The notes beneath the pieces were generated by a model. That model saw nothing but the letters and a program-made list of their open reading frames with translations, had not been told where the DNA came from and ran no database searches. The translations under genes were made by a program, and so were the position numbers. Below, one piece after another: positions 36,817 through 49,182 of a DNA stretch of 64,000 nucleotides; within the stretch, counting starts at the first letter, position 1; each line of letters begins with the position of its first letter. Source of the DNA: Amphiscolops sp. MND2022. Lineage: Eukaryota. The stretch is taken from contig OZ076409.1 in the NCBI GenBank assembly GCA_964187785.1, positions 65,970,001 through 66,034,000 of the forward strand, read 5' to 3'.

Positions 36817-39342
36817 TACAAATAGGCAGTACAAGATGCACTGCTGTACTGCGATATTTTTCGTGAACTGTTTTAAGAGGCATTGGGGGAAATACAACAC
36901 CTACGAAACACTCAATTGTTTGAAAACGAAAAAGCAACAGAATATAGTCTTATAGTCTCAACAAAAATGCCTCTCATCGTGTGGAATTTCCTCACGCAAA
37001 TTTCCTCTTATATTGTTATCCTCTACATGATTTATTTCGGAAAGGCACTACTTTGGACAAATCGCATTTATGTCGTTATATACTTTTTAACACAAAACGA
37101 TTTTAAAAAACTAGTTTTGAAAACAAAGGTTTGAAAACGACTGAATTCGAACCCTAGTTTACTCCGTTCAAGACAAAATAGAAAATACTAGTTACTGAAA
37201 AATTCGGAGAAACTGTCGGAAAGTTTCAATTACGAACGAACTTCAACGAACTATTACCCATGAATTAGCGTGGTCCATCATCAATCCTATCGGATTGGGT
37301 CACTTGAAGATGGAAAAAACAGTCTGTGAAAACGACTCAAAATGATAAAGGAAGAAATTGGAATATCAGATATAATTCGAATAGAATATGTGGTTAGAAA
37401 TATTAAAACTCAGCAAAGATGATTTAATCTTCCTTAATAGAATAATTCACTCACCTAATTTCGTAGAAATACAGAAACTTAGTTGTAAACATTGATATTC
37501 CGATGATATGTTCAATGTTTTTGGAACTTTCCTTCGATAGGCTTCAAGCGTTCTAGTGTGGAAGTGAATAAACAAGGTGTGGAAAGTTTTCAAACAAACA
37601 AAGGTAAATTAAAGAATTGAAACCAAACATTTGAACATACCTGGAAACGAGCTTCCGTTTGGAAACATCCATGTCAAAGCGGACAAGATTCAATGCGGAA
37701 CTCTAATAAAATTTTTACCACCAAAAATTGATTAGAAGCAATAATACACATCTTGATTCACCTGTGAGAAAATTGAACAGATAAACGTCATCAATTTTTG
37801 ATGGACATGATTCTTCAAAAGTGTGCTAGATCAATTGTAATTTTCCGGCATGACGTTTAAAATCAGTGATAAAATCTGCATAACGTCGTTTGTGGCACAG
37901 AATTTTTCTTTTGCAACTTGTTTTTACAGGAGGAAGGATACTGTTCATCCGGTTGTATGATGGACCGTTAACTCGAGGGCGAGTAAATAATTTGAAAGGA
38001 ATGAACGAATTTTCTGTTCACTCGTTGGTGATTTGCTATTAATGCGAATGTTTGTTTTTTGCACACTCGGTAAAATATTCCAATCGATAAATATTTATGT
38101 TGAAGATATCATTTCACGCCGCCGATTTGCTCTCCCAAAATAATAACACGGGAAGGCTTTCACTGGAGCGAGATACTAGGCCAAGTCAACACTTCCAATT
38201 CTTAATCCAGAGTCTCCATCCATAACTGTCATATTGTGATAATTTGTAATAAGTTTAATACACTTTAGCATATCATTCATTTTTTCAAGATTTGAAACTA
38301 AAAGAATTTACATATTTTTACATTTTGTATTTACATTATTTATACTTTTGCTTTTCGTTCTCAGCAGCAATGTGTTGAAGTGGAAGCCTTGAAAGCCGCG
38401 ATAGAATATATATGGAAATTAATTCAATTTCTTGTTTTTCAGAAAAGAAGAAAACCCCGTCTTTTTCAAGAGGAGGCAAAATCAAGCGAATGTTGTTTCA
38501 TATTCAAAAATAGACTTTTCAAAAATTATCTCCCAGGACTACGCTTCTAATGTCAGTTCAGTGAACAATAAGCAAGTCTCATTTAAAATGCTAAAAACAA
38601 AAAAAGGTGCTTTGAGGATAATTTTTGAGGAATAAGTATACTAATACTCATTTGAAGGCAATATTTACTTTCTGAAGAGGAATTGAACGATATTTCTGAC
38701 TACTCGTGTTGTAAAACTATGGACTTCCATGCATGTTCCATGCATGACCTATGTGAATTGTGAATTCCATGCATGTTCCATTTACCCATTTACGGCTGTT
38801 GTAACTTCAGAGTACGAAAATTTCGTATGGTAACAAGACTGTATTTTATCTCTGATCAATCTGTACTAAATAAGAATAGTAGTGTAGTATGATAAAGTGC
38901 TAACAGGTACTTGAGGCTAATTATAAATAAGCGTATAGTCTCATAATAGTTTGTCCTCTAAATTCGTCTTATTTTTCATTCCCCTCTCTATGATTGGGTA
39001 AAATTAGCCAATGGGGGGAGTATTGTTTTCTTTGGAGGCGGTAGTCCGGCCCGAGCATTGTATGACCGCGGTGTTCCATGCTGCATCAATAGTTGTGGTC
39101 CGGTCGTCGTAATGTCTTTCCAGACAGCTTGTTCAATGGTCGTGTTTAGCTGATGTCTGGTGTTGTTTCCAGGTTGTTTAATCTTATGACTGTATTTTCT
39201 GTAATCAGAAGGTACTGGGTTATTCAGTCTAACGATTAGATTTGTTTTTGTCTTTGATCTACGTAGGTATGTTCGTTTGTTTCTTGTTCTATTTCAGTGC
39301 TTGAGCTAAGATTGCTTAGTAGTTCTAGTTCAGAATTTTCGT

Positions 39343-42300
39343 TCAGTTCCATATTTCTTCTTCTTCTTCCTCCCCTCTTTTGGGAGTTTCAAATTTATTT
39401 TGAAAGACTTTCCCGTTGATGTCTTTAACGTGTATTTTCGTGTTAGCCTTTTCGGCATCCTCAATAGCGCGGTCGACATCTTCGTTTGTCATGTTCTCCG
39501 CCACTATCGTCAACGGTCCAGTAGTTGCCTGCGACTGGCCTGCTTGCGGTGACCCCCGATGTGAATTCGAACTCTGGCGCTTTCGGATCAGCTTCCGGCG
39601 TCCTCTTTCCATTGTGCTGCTCTCTTTTGGAGCATTACAGTTCCAAAAGCGGGTTAGCACACTTTTGTGCTATTGAGTCACAAAAATCCACTGACGTATT
39701 GTTAAACATGTATTTCACTGATTTTCAATGGATTCCGCTTTAGCCTGTTTTGGATTCCACTCACACATCTAACTAATGTACAAAAAAGCGTGCACCGGAA
39801 TCAACTGCTTCTCACTGCCAACTGAATTGAACCAATCGCGTTAGCTTATTCCAACTTTCAACGAAATTCGCTGAAACTTGCAGTGGATTCCACTTCAGCT
39901 TACTGTGGATTCCACTTTGGCTTGCAGCGAATTCAACTTTGGCGTACAGTCGATTCCACTTTTCAACTTGTGGAATTGACTGAAAAACGAGTGGAAATGA
40001 CTGTTTCTTATTCTCAAAACTGAGCACGTGAAGGAAGAACTTTTAAGCACTGAAGTACATGAACTGTGCTTCTTTTCGATGGTTGATAACTTTTGCAGGT
40101 TGGTATTGAAAGAATTCAATGAATTCCACTAAAACAATGCAGTGGAGTCCACTTCAGCCAATAGTGGATACCAAAGCGGCCATCGGCGGAGTCCACATCA
40201 GCGTTCACTGGAATCCACAGCAGTGTTTAGTGGAATCCACTGCAAGATCCGAATGTTTAAGGTATTTGATAGTGGAATCCAATGCAAGGCAGCCAAATTC
40301 ACTGCGGAGAAATCGCCAAAAAAAGTGAAATTGACTGCAACGTAACAGAATTTGTTAGTGGATTACGCTGCACGCTTCCTAAAACTGCTGTCCAGCGAAA
40401 TCTACTGCAAAAACTCAAAGTATCCACTTTTGGCACTGTGAGTGGTCATAACTGGGGGCTCCGGTTCCGAGTCTTCGGATTCGCTGTCCGAGTCGTGAAT
40501 GGTGAATGTGCAGGGGGATTTTATAAACCGGCCATCCGGTCCACGTAGCCCTGTGCCTCTGTTGTTGGGTTCCTGTGTAAGTTTAGAAATAGGTTTACTT
40601 GTATGTTTTCTACGTAAACTCTATTATCAGCCGTGGTAACGCTGTGGTTGGTGCCCGATAGCGCTATTTGGACTTTATCGGAAAATGCATTATTGAATCT
40701 TGGTTTTTATTTTTATTCGTGAAAAAAGAAGTGTAATTACTAACTCCTTTCGATCTTTTCTTTTGTTTCATTGGCAGCTGGTCAGAGACACCGTTGAATG
40801 AGTAGACCTGTAGGCTGTCTGGTTTTGCTGAAATACACGTTTTCGTTATTTGTTTCAACGCGTCAAGATTCAATAAACTGCTGATCTCGTGTTTGGTTCG
40901 CGACCATAGTGTAGCTCAAATGCGGATTTATTTAATCGTGTATGGGGTGTTTCCGCATTACGTCTAATGCGGTGTCTAATGCTTTACCGAACTTTTGCCC
41001 GCCCTTATGTTAATTAGTAGTATTTCGTTTAGCGTTCTAACGCCCCGTTCAACTAGTCCTGTGGACGTGTGTATATACGGTGTGCCGTATATCAACTTCA
41101 TTCGAGGATTTTTGAAGATTCTCTACTTAACCGACCCGTAAAGGCAGTCGCCTTATCTGTTCTAATCGTTTCTGTGACGCCGTTTAGGTTTATATACTGT
41201 TCCAAAAATCTGACCGCTGTCTGGCCTTCCGTTGTTTTACAGAAGCTGGCTTCTGGCCATTTACTAAACCGGTCCATAGAGAGCAAAATGTAAAATCTAT
41301 GGTTCTCCTCGATGATTGGACCGAAGAAATCCAATTGGATTTCTTCGTTTGGTTTACTTATCGGTGGTAGCTGGTTTTTTTCCTTAGTAGGTATATTAGG
41401 TTTGATATTCCTACCGGACATTTGGCAAGGGACGCAGCTCCCACATTTCTTCTCTAAGGCTTTAGTAATCCGTGGCCACCAGAAGTGTCTTGCCGCCATC
41501 GACATTTTGTTTATGGCTGGGTGTCCCTTCTGCAAGAGGTTGATGAAAGTTGTCCTCAAGCGCTTTGGGACTATTATTTTGTCCTCGTAAAAAACCAGTC
41601 CGTATCTGGTTGATAGCTTCTTTTTGTATAGAGAGTATTCGTCGGGCATTTTGTCGTGCTGTTGTCTCTCTAAGCAAACGAGCGTTTTGAGGAGGCATGG
41701 GTCGTTTGTTGTCTCCGTAATGAGCAATTGCAGGTCTGTGGCAAACTGCTTTTCCGTTTCCCTGACGGCATTTCTCAGATCCCAGTGGTTTAGTTCTTCT
41801 GCGTCCACTTTCGGCGCGTGGCCCCTTTTCATGCATTGGGCGCTCTTGACGCCCACGTATTAGGCCAAGTTGACTGCCGGGACCTCCAGTACTGACGGGT
41901 CTTGGTCCGTTTCCGATCCGAATTCGCCTTCGTCCATAGGGGCCTGTTGTATTTGTCTTGAGGACGGTCCGGGCACGTCCTCTCGTTGTGGCTGTTGGCG
42001 TTGTGGGCGGTCCACCTTCCAGAAGGGGTCCACTGTTGCGCCTTTCTTGTGGTTGGAAGCCCTGAGGCTGATCCGCTTGCCTGCTATCTATATTTCTGAT
42101 GGCTATTTGCAGCTGCTCTTCTATGATTCTCCTTTCATGTCGAAGGAATCTGGGCTCGTGGTGTTTTTTCCACCGGCCACCGGATTGCCTGATAACGCCG
42201 CGTTTGACTATATCTCGCCAGCGGGCTATCAAGTTTCTGGTTTCTGCGGAAGGATCAGCGAGTTCTAAATTATCGATGGTGCGTGCGTCCATGTTTAAAT

Positions 42301-44710
42301 GAAGTTGAGATTGCGTACAGTTTTTTGTCGATTGATTAAGGCAAGCGATGGCAGCTTATTCACGCGTATTGGATTGTTTCGGTTCTTTACGTAATATCTC
42401 GCCTCGTGATTTTTCTAAATGGTTGCTAAGGCAACCGTCTTTGTTCATGAATTTATTGTGCGGTACGATGCTACTGATTACGTGTTTTTCGTCGTATGCG
42501 TCATTCGCATGCAGTGGTGCGGACGGATTTCTACTGAGATAATCCGTGAGTCCAAACTGTCTACCGGCTAAATGGCTTACGTTGATTGAAGAGAGAGCTA
42601 GCCGGTCCAGTCATCTCGTTAGCCTTGCGCTATACGTTTTTTTTTCGAGTGATTGCGATTAATCAGCTGTTCGAGCGCTAGGTGATCCATGAGCAATTTT
42701 ATCGCTTTCCCGTAAATGTATAGACGGAAGTGCTCCAGTCAGTCCCCAAACCACCGCTATTATTTCCAATTCATTGATGGTGTATTTCTTTTCGGTATCG
42801 GAAAGGAAACAGCTGGCAAATCCGATCGGTTTCAAGTTTCCTTCTGGTTGTTTTTGCCAGAGCGTGGTCCCGAAGCCTTTTGTGCACGCGTCCATGGTTA
42901 ATATATTTGGATAGTTCGAATTATAGTGTGCCCGACACGGTATCTCCGTGATCTTTTGTTTCAAATTTTCGAACGCTTCCTTGTGTTCTTTGGTCCATTT
43001 CCACTCGTTTTTAGGTGTTAATTCTTTGATTGCCAATAATCTGTTTTGTAACGATCAGATTCCGTTGTGTACCGTTTCATGACCGATTCATTCTTTTTCT
43101 GTTTTGAAAAATTCAGATTTGGGTTCGCTCAAACGATAGCCTGCGTTTTCTAAATTTGACAGAACGTCTCTTAGCTCGTCCATGTGTTTTTGTTTGGAGC
43201 TTTTTTTACTACTATTTGTCGTCCAGCCAGGCTGGGCGACTTTTCTCCAATATTTGATCGATTCTTTCTCGAAATATCGTCGGGAAGTCCGCTAGACCGT
43301 AAAAGCCTTTTAGGAACCGATAGTATCCTGTGAAAATACCACTGGTGACTGCAAAGATGCATAGGTCCATTGCTCTCTTTGAGAGTTGTAATTGGCCGTA
43401 GGGGTTCCGTTTTCAGCGTTGTTCCCAGTTTTTCCATCCAGTTGAGTCCAAGTAGCGGGTGTGTTTGTATAGTAGTTATCAATAGTTCCAGTTGTTTTAC
43501 TTCACCGTCAATTTCGATGTTTGCCATGGTTTACCCTTCGAACTTTATTTTGTTATCGTTTAAATCCCAGTAATCTTCCAATACCGGTCAAAAAGTCGAT
43601 ATCTTGTTAAATCTTGCCTTCGGTATCAGTGTTACCGGTGAGCCTGTGTCGACGATAAGTTTTATTGGTCTATTATTAACCAATAGCGTTTTTGTAAAGA
43701 ACGCTTTTCCGTTCCTGCTTTTCGTTCCCATTGAAGGTATCTTTTGTTGAATTGAGTGGATTTTGTCTGGTATCCAGTCATCTTCGTCTGCACTCTATGC
43801 TTTTTCGTCTGCGATGTGGTTTATTTTCTTGGCTGATCTGCATCTTTTGGCGTTTTGTCCCAGTTTATCGCTCTTTATGCATTTCTTTCCTCTTGCAGGA
43901 CATCCATGTTGTTTGGATCAAATGGAAGCTGCACATTTATTGCAGTCCAGTCCTCTTGTTTTCGGGTAACGTTCGATTTGTTCTTTGGTGTTTTTTAATT
44001 TTCTTCTGTCCACGTACTGGATTTTTTTCCTCTTCTGTTTCGGGTGATTCGTTCAGTTTTTTGTATTGCGTTTGTGATTGCTTCTACCCACATATTGTCT
44101 TTCGGATCTTTTTCTTTAGTTCATAGTCCCCCGTATATTGTCCTATTAGTGATAGGAATTTTGAGGCGATGAGCTCGGCTGCTGTTATTGTCTCGAATTC
44201 GACGTCTAAGATCCTTTTCCTTATTTCCGCGGCTGTTTCATTTGTTTCTCTTTCTAGGTCAAAAAAATGGCTGTGTTGTAAATTTCTTTTTGGGGTAAAA
44301 TGCAAACGGAAAAATGTACAGTTTGTATAACGGTAGAGCACTGGGTTCCCTTTTTCTCACAGTTTTTGTCATTTTTGTCAGTGCACTTTGTCCAATCGAC
44401 CATAGGAATGTATCTTTTATCTCGAGTTCCAGTTGGTCACGGAATTGTGGCAGAACCTCTTTTGAGTTGGACATAATTGACAAATCGATGTCTTTGGTCA
44501 TTTTTATGTACTGCACAAACTTCCGCCACCAGAGTTTTGCGCTGGGACTATCGTGTTTCTCTAGGCTTGGAATGGATATTTTCTGGGTGCATATCCGGTC
44601 GCCCGCTCTCATTGTAGTCTCATTGGGTATTGACCGGCTGCTTGTTGACTTATCGGTTGTCCGATTCTGTTGTCCTCCCGTTTATGGGGAGGTGTTGGTT
44701 GGAGTCATCC
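39343..44710 (-). pseudogene. gag-pol of element E, with deletions in RT
   Basis: AKLWWRKFVQYIKM (gag), IVDTGSPVT (protease), PAWLDD (RT), MDACTKGFG (RNase H), KGHPAINKM...CGSCVPC, IQLDFFGP and IRTDKATAFT (integrase). Confidence 0.92.
39658..40440. mobile_element. Non-autonomous CACTA/EnSpm-like element inserted in E
   Basis: CACA...TGTG ends, 2-bp TSD AG, many GGATTCCAC motifs in the left half and GTGGAATCC motifs in the right half. Confidence 0.72.
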
Positions 44711-44951
44711 ATTCCTTGTTTGGAGTGGGCAGTTGTTCTGATTCAGTTGTGAGTTAAACTGACAATGACTGCGCCATGTTGTAACTTCAAAGTGTGAAAT
44801 TTTATTATCGGAACAAGATTGTATTTTATCTCTGATCAATCTGTACTCAATAAGAATAGTAGCGTAGTATGGTAAAATGCTAAGAGGTTCTTGAGACTAA
44901 TTATATGAATAGGATAGAGTCTCATAATAGTTTGTCCTCTAAATTTTCCTG

Positions 44952-45750
44952 ATTATTTTCCGCCCACATATATTGGGGGAGGAGAATCATGATCTGTGAT
45001 GCGATTTTAGTCGGCGCGTTTTCCTTTTAAGGAAAAATGCCCGACTATAGCAGTGACCTTTTTTTTCTTCAGCCTCACACTGATCGGTCCACTTTTTAGA
45101 AACAATCCTGAAACCACCCAAGGCGCCTAGTCCGGCAAAGAGGCCAAAGCAAATTCAGTGCAAACTATTTTCAAGGTAACCTACAAAACCGGACGGGACT
45201 ACAGAGTCCCCCCTTTCGAATTTTTCGATTTTTTTTTCGGCACTGTGCGATTTTTTTCGAAATTTTTTTTGTCTCCAAAGGGTCCCCCTTTCATTTTGTA
45301 CTTTTCTTAACGTAATCTACAAAACCGTCCGAGGCTAAAGGGTCCCCTTTTTGATTTTTTTCTGCACTGTGCGACATTTTCCTTAAAATTTTTTTTTCGA
45401 AAGTTTCAAGTTTTTTTTGAAAATTTCAAGTTTTTTCGAAAAAAATGTTTTGCGCTTTTTGAGCCTTAGATATAGCGCCGACTTTAGACGTTCTCGTCTT
45501 GTTTTTTCAAATTTTGCCAAATCTCCATCACCTCCATCCACTACTTGACTATTTTTTAGCTAAAATAGTCAAGTAGTTACTAATGGTAAATTCTGCCAAA
45601 TCTCCACGATCTCCATCCACTACTTCACTATTTTGGTTACTTGACTAATTCAGTTACTATCAATCAGTACGTTTTGAGTTCGAATCTCGCTTCCGCTTGA
45701 TTTTTTTTGATAATGCGGAAATTATCCCGGTGTTTAGCAGGCGTCTTGTT
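44952..45750 (-). mobile_element. Helentron-like element family 2, inserted in the 5' LTR of E
   Basis: Left hairpin TTTTCCGCCCA...GGGGGAGGAGAA; right end ATCCCGGTGTTTAGCAGGCGTCTTGT. Same ends at 60368-60729; right end also at ~9541-9569. Confidence 0.7.
45005..45503 (-). mobile_element. Helentron/DINE-1-like element family 1 nested in the family-2 element
   Basis: TTTTAGTCGGCGC...TGCCCGACTATAGCAGTGAC at left; GCGCCGACTTTAGACGTTCTCGTCTTGTT at right. Confidence 0.82.
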
Positions 45751-45889
45751 CTTCAACCGCGTGTGTGAATTCCATGCATTTTTCCATGCATGGCCTATGT
45801 GAATTCCATGCACGGTCCATGTACCTGGATAATTTGTTTTGCAATCCGGAATCTCAGAAAAGTTGAATTCACAGAAACAGTTATATATT

Positions 45890-46710
45890 CCCAGGTTTTC
45901 GTCTTTGCAAATCTGTGCAGATATGCTGGGTTTTGGAGATCTTTCCAGATATGTGTAGAAGAAAAATGACCTACTCAGAAACACAACAAAAACCCCACAG
46001 CAATGTCAAACGAATAATAAAAATGTTTAAAACTCGAAAGAAATCTCATTAACGTCAAAATTAAACATTTTTCTGCAGCAATCTGTACAGATCTGTAGAG
46101 ATTAGAGATATTTACAGATCCAAACAATGACCAATAAATTACTAAATATTACTATAACGTATTCCTAGTTACCAGAAATAATTACTAAAAGTACTGCAAC
46201 AAACCATGTTCCCGAAATGTTACAACAACACTTCATCAACACATCTACCAACCCAGAAGGTTGCTACATGTCAAATTTCATCTGTCAAAACAAAGTCAAC
46301 ATGGCAAAGAGCCTCTCAAAGTTCAACAACCACTTCTGGAAAGTTCAAGTGAAATGGATAAATTACGGTGTAGAACCAATACGGCGCATTCTCTTGTCAA
46401 CAAAATTACCGTGATGGAGAGAATTTTGTTCTCGAGAGTTATGAGTGATCGAGAGTATCAACTGACTGAGCCTTGGTCAGCGATAATAGTTGATAAAATA
46501 ATTATTGAAGTTCAAAAATGCAGTATATTGGTTCCTTAGAAGCTGCAGAAAAACATATTTCGGCAAAAATCGTTAAAGAAACTCTGCACACTTCTGTAAA
46601 GATCTTGCAGATCTGTATGGATTTTCAAGATTCAGTGCAACGATCTTTGCAGAACCCTGCAGAAAAAATCATGCAGATCTGCACAGATTCGCAAAGATCG
46701 AAAACCTGGG
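45890..46710. mobile_element. MITE, EnSpm/CACTA-type, ~38-bp TIRs
   Basis: CCCAGGTTTTCGTCTTTGCAAATCTGTGCAGAT / ATCTGCACAGATTCGCAAAGATCGAAAACCTGGG, 2-bp TSD TT. Confidence 0.85.
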
Positions 46711-47033
46711 TTTTCACTGTTACTGATGACCCTCTTCCTTTTTGTAACTATGGCTCTCCTCTGGTTATCTTTCAAACTGAGAGTCGAATTTTTCAATAAA
46801 ATTAAATCTTTTTAGCTCGAATTTGAAGTTTTTAAATGCTATCACTGATAACGCGTTACCTTTGCGTTATCTTTGCCGTTGAACATTTGTAGTGGCGCAA
46901 CTTCATTAGTGAGAAGGTTTAAATATTATTCACGTTTAAGCTGATACAAATTGGGTACTTTGGATAATTCAAGTCTCAATTCACTAAACAATGTTACAGA
47001 TGGAACTGTTAAGGATGAACGTCTTTTTTCCCA

Positions 47034-47233
47034 NNNNNNNNNNNNNNNNNNNNNNNNNNNNNNNNNNNNNNNNNNNNNNNNNNNNNNNNNNNNNNNNNNN
47101 NNNNNNNNNNNNNNNNNNNNNNNNNNNNNNNNNNNNNNNNNNNNNNNNNNNNNNNNNNNNNNNNNNNNNNNNNNNNNNNNNNNNNNNNNNNNNNNNNNNN
47201 NNNNNNNNNNNNNNNNNNNNNNNNNNNNNNNNN
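47034..47233. other. Assembly gap (200 N)
   Basis: Run of N. Confidence 1.
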
Positions 47234-48443
47234 GAGAGATCAACGGAGAAATAAATTGACCAGTAATTAACCTCATTAAACTCTAAATCTGGAAGACATT
47301 TCCCGTTCCCTCAATTTCACACATATGTAAAAGCTTGCAACTTCTTAATCATTGCTAATTTTTTGGAGATTTTTTGAAGTCGAGGAAGTGACAAATGTCT
47401 TGCATGGTAGAACAAAAATTAACGAACATGATTTGACTGACTTATCGTGAACTTCAATTTTGATCAAAAGCGAAATTTCAAAAGCTTTGAAAGACCCAAA
47501 TACGTGACTTTTTGCCGTAACTGTGGAGCTAACTACCAGAAATGTCTGAGGAACACGAAGGGTTTTTTGGTAACAACTTGGATTCTACTGACAGGAAAAT
47601 GAGAAGTTCTAAAGTTATCTGGACTTTACTAATCCAGAGTAACGAATTTTGCAAATGTTGTTTTCCATTTGAGGATAAAAGTTTATCTCTGGGTACCGTT
47701 TTTTCCAGGATTTAAGTTCCTAGTTACACTCAATTGATCATACATGCAATTTTCTAAAAGATAGATGCTTTGCCACTGAACTCAGGCGAAAATTTTAGGG
47801 AGATATATATGGAGATTTATCAATGCATCTATGTATTTTTGGAGATTGAAGTAATCTCAATTTAGGGTATCTCAATCAAAAAGGTACAGAGTAAATTTTT
47901 TAATAACTACTGCCTTTACCCTCAACATTTAGGGCCTTTACATTAGAGCGTCCTCATCAACGCTCGAAGAAAAATTTAAAGACCTATTGATTTTTAAGTC
48001 TGTAATTTTTAAGAGAAAAATGGGTGTTTTCATTAGAGAGATTAAAAGTTATTTTATTTGAAGTGGCTCTTTGGAACGTGCATCTGGCCTTAGTTTTACA
48101 CACAAAAAGATCAGAAAATTGTCTTCAACTATAGTATATAATGAAAAATGTTAGAGATGGTCTGCATTTCGAAGCTTTTCCTGTTTATATAAACCATAAC
48201 ATGGCACTTCCTACATGATTGATGACAAAATCAGGGTGAATTTCAAGAGCAATTGTTTTCTACAGTTCTCTTCATTGGAGCAAGCATTACAAAACTTTAT
48301 TTTTATATTTCCGACCATATTCCATGTAGGAAAATATTTTCTCAGCCACATTTTCATTAAAAGTTTGCCATGTTCCAACTTTATACTCAAAAATACAGCT
48401 ACAACATATTTGGGTTCGTAGGGTACATAATTGAGGTTTAGTA

Positions 48444-48551
48444 TCATTTCACCCCACGATCATTTCACCCCATATCATTTCACCCCATATCTTTTCACCC
48501 CACATTCATTACACCCCACGTTCATTTCACCCCAAATTCATTTCACCCCAC
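48444..48551. repeat. Seven 15-16-bp tandem units (TCATTTCACCCCA-type)
   Basis: Directly visible; resembles a MULE-type tandem TIR, but no partner was found. Confidence 0.85.
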
Positions 48552-48829
48552 ACTTAAATTATCAAATGCGTCTCAGATAAATGACTATTGCCACCCAATT
48601 TCAATCTTAGCGCTAATAAAAAGCGTCTTGGTTCTAATTAGATAAGCAAACGATGCTTGCTATGTGAACCACAAAATCGGGACCGAAAAGTTTCACTTAT
48701 CGGAATTGTAATACTTCAGAACAAGGAGCTCAAAAAATCATTTTTTCTGTCAATCAAAATATACAACTATGGAACTACTTGAACGAAGTGCCTGAAAAGA
48801 TAAGTGCCAAAAAGCTCCAGAAAATGACA

Positions 48830-48976
48830 GCAAGCAAAGAACATGTTAGAGTCGGCGCAAAAGACTGAACAAAAACTTCATTACGGCCGCTCTATCTGTT
48901 TCGTCTCATTCATGCTGTCTTGAAAAGTGACTGTAATAGTCTTTCTATTTAAGGTAACTAAAGTGTCGAATAAAAA
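48830..48976 (+). mobile_element. Degenerate short family-1 Helentron-like element
   Basis: CAAGC...AGAGTCGGCGC start and AAGTGACTGTAATAGTC...GTCGAATAAAAA end. Confidence 0.5.
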
Positions 48977-49182
48977 GTCACATTTAATTTTGATGTTCTT
49001 ATGCAAGTTTTAAGAGAATTTGTTTAAGTTCTCGTGAGCATCCTGAGGTTTTGACAACAAAACACTTTCTTGACATAATTTTAAAATGGAAACTAAATTG
49101 GCCAGAACTTCAATTTTTGAACCTTCCACGCGAGTTTCGAAAGATTTCTTTGGCATAAATTGAATAATTACAAACGAGTTAG

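Larger units (their letters stand above)
38797..45755 (-). mobile_element. Ty3/Gypsy (Mag-like) LTR retrotransposon E with nested insertions
   Basis: 3' LTR 38797-38978 with PPT at 38979-38989. 5' LTR 44777-45755, split by an insertion. PBS TGGCGCAGTC; TSD ACGGC/ACCGC; both flanks continue a TTCCATGCATG-rich repeat. Confidence 0.92.

Noticed and set aside
40434..40440. CACAGTG (RSS heptamer or Transib-like end) on the minus strand
   Set aside because: No nonamer at 12 or 23 bp, the other end differs, and the TSD is 2 bp rather than 5 bp.
46926..47276. ORFs spanning the N run
   Set aside because: Artefacts of the assembly gap.
48444..48551. CRISPR-like array
   Set aside because: Contiguous short units with no unique spacers, no cas genes, eukaryotic context.
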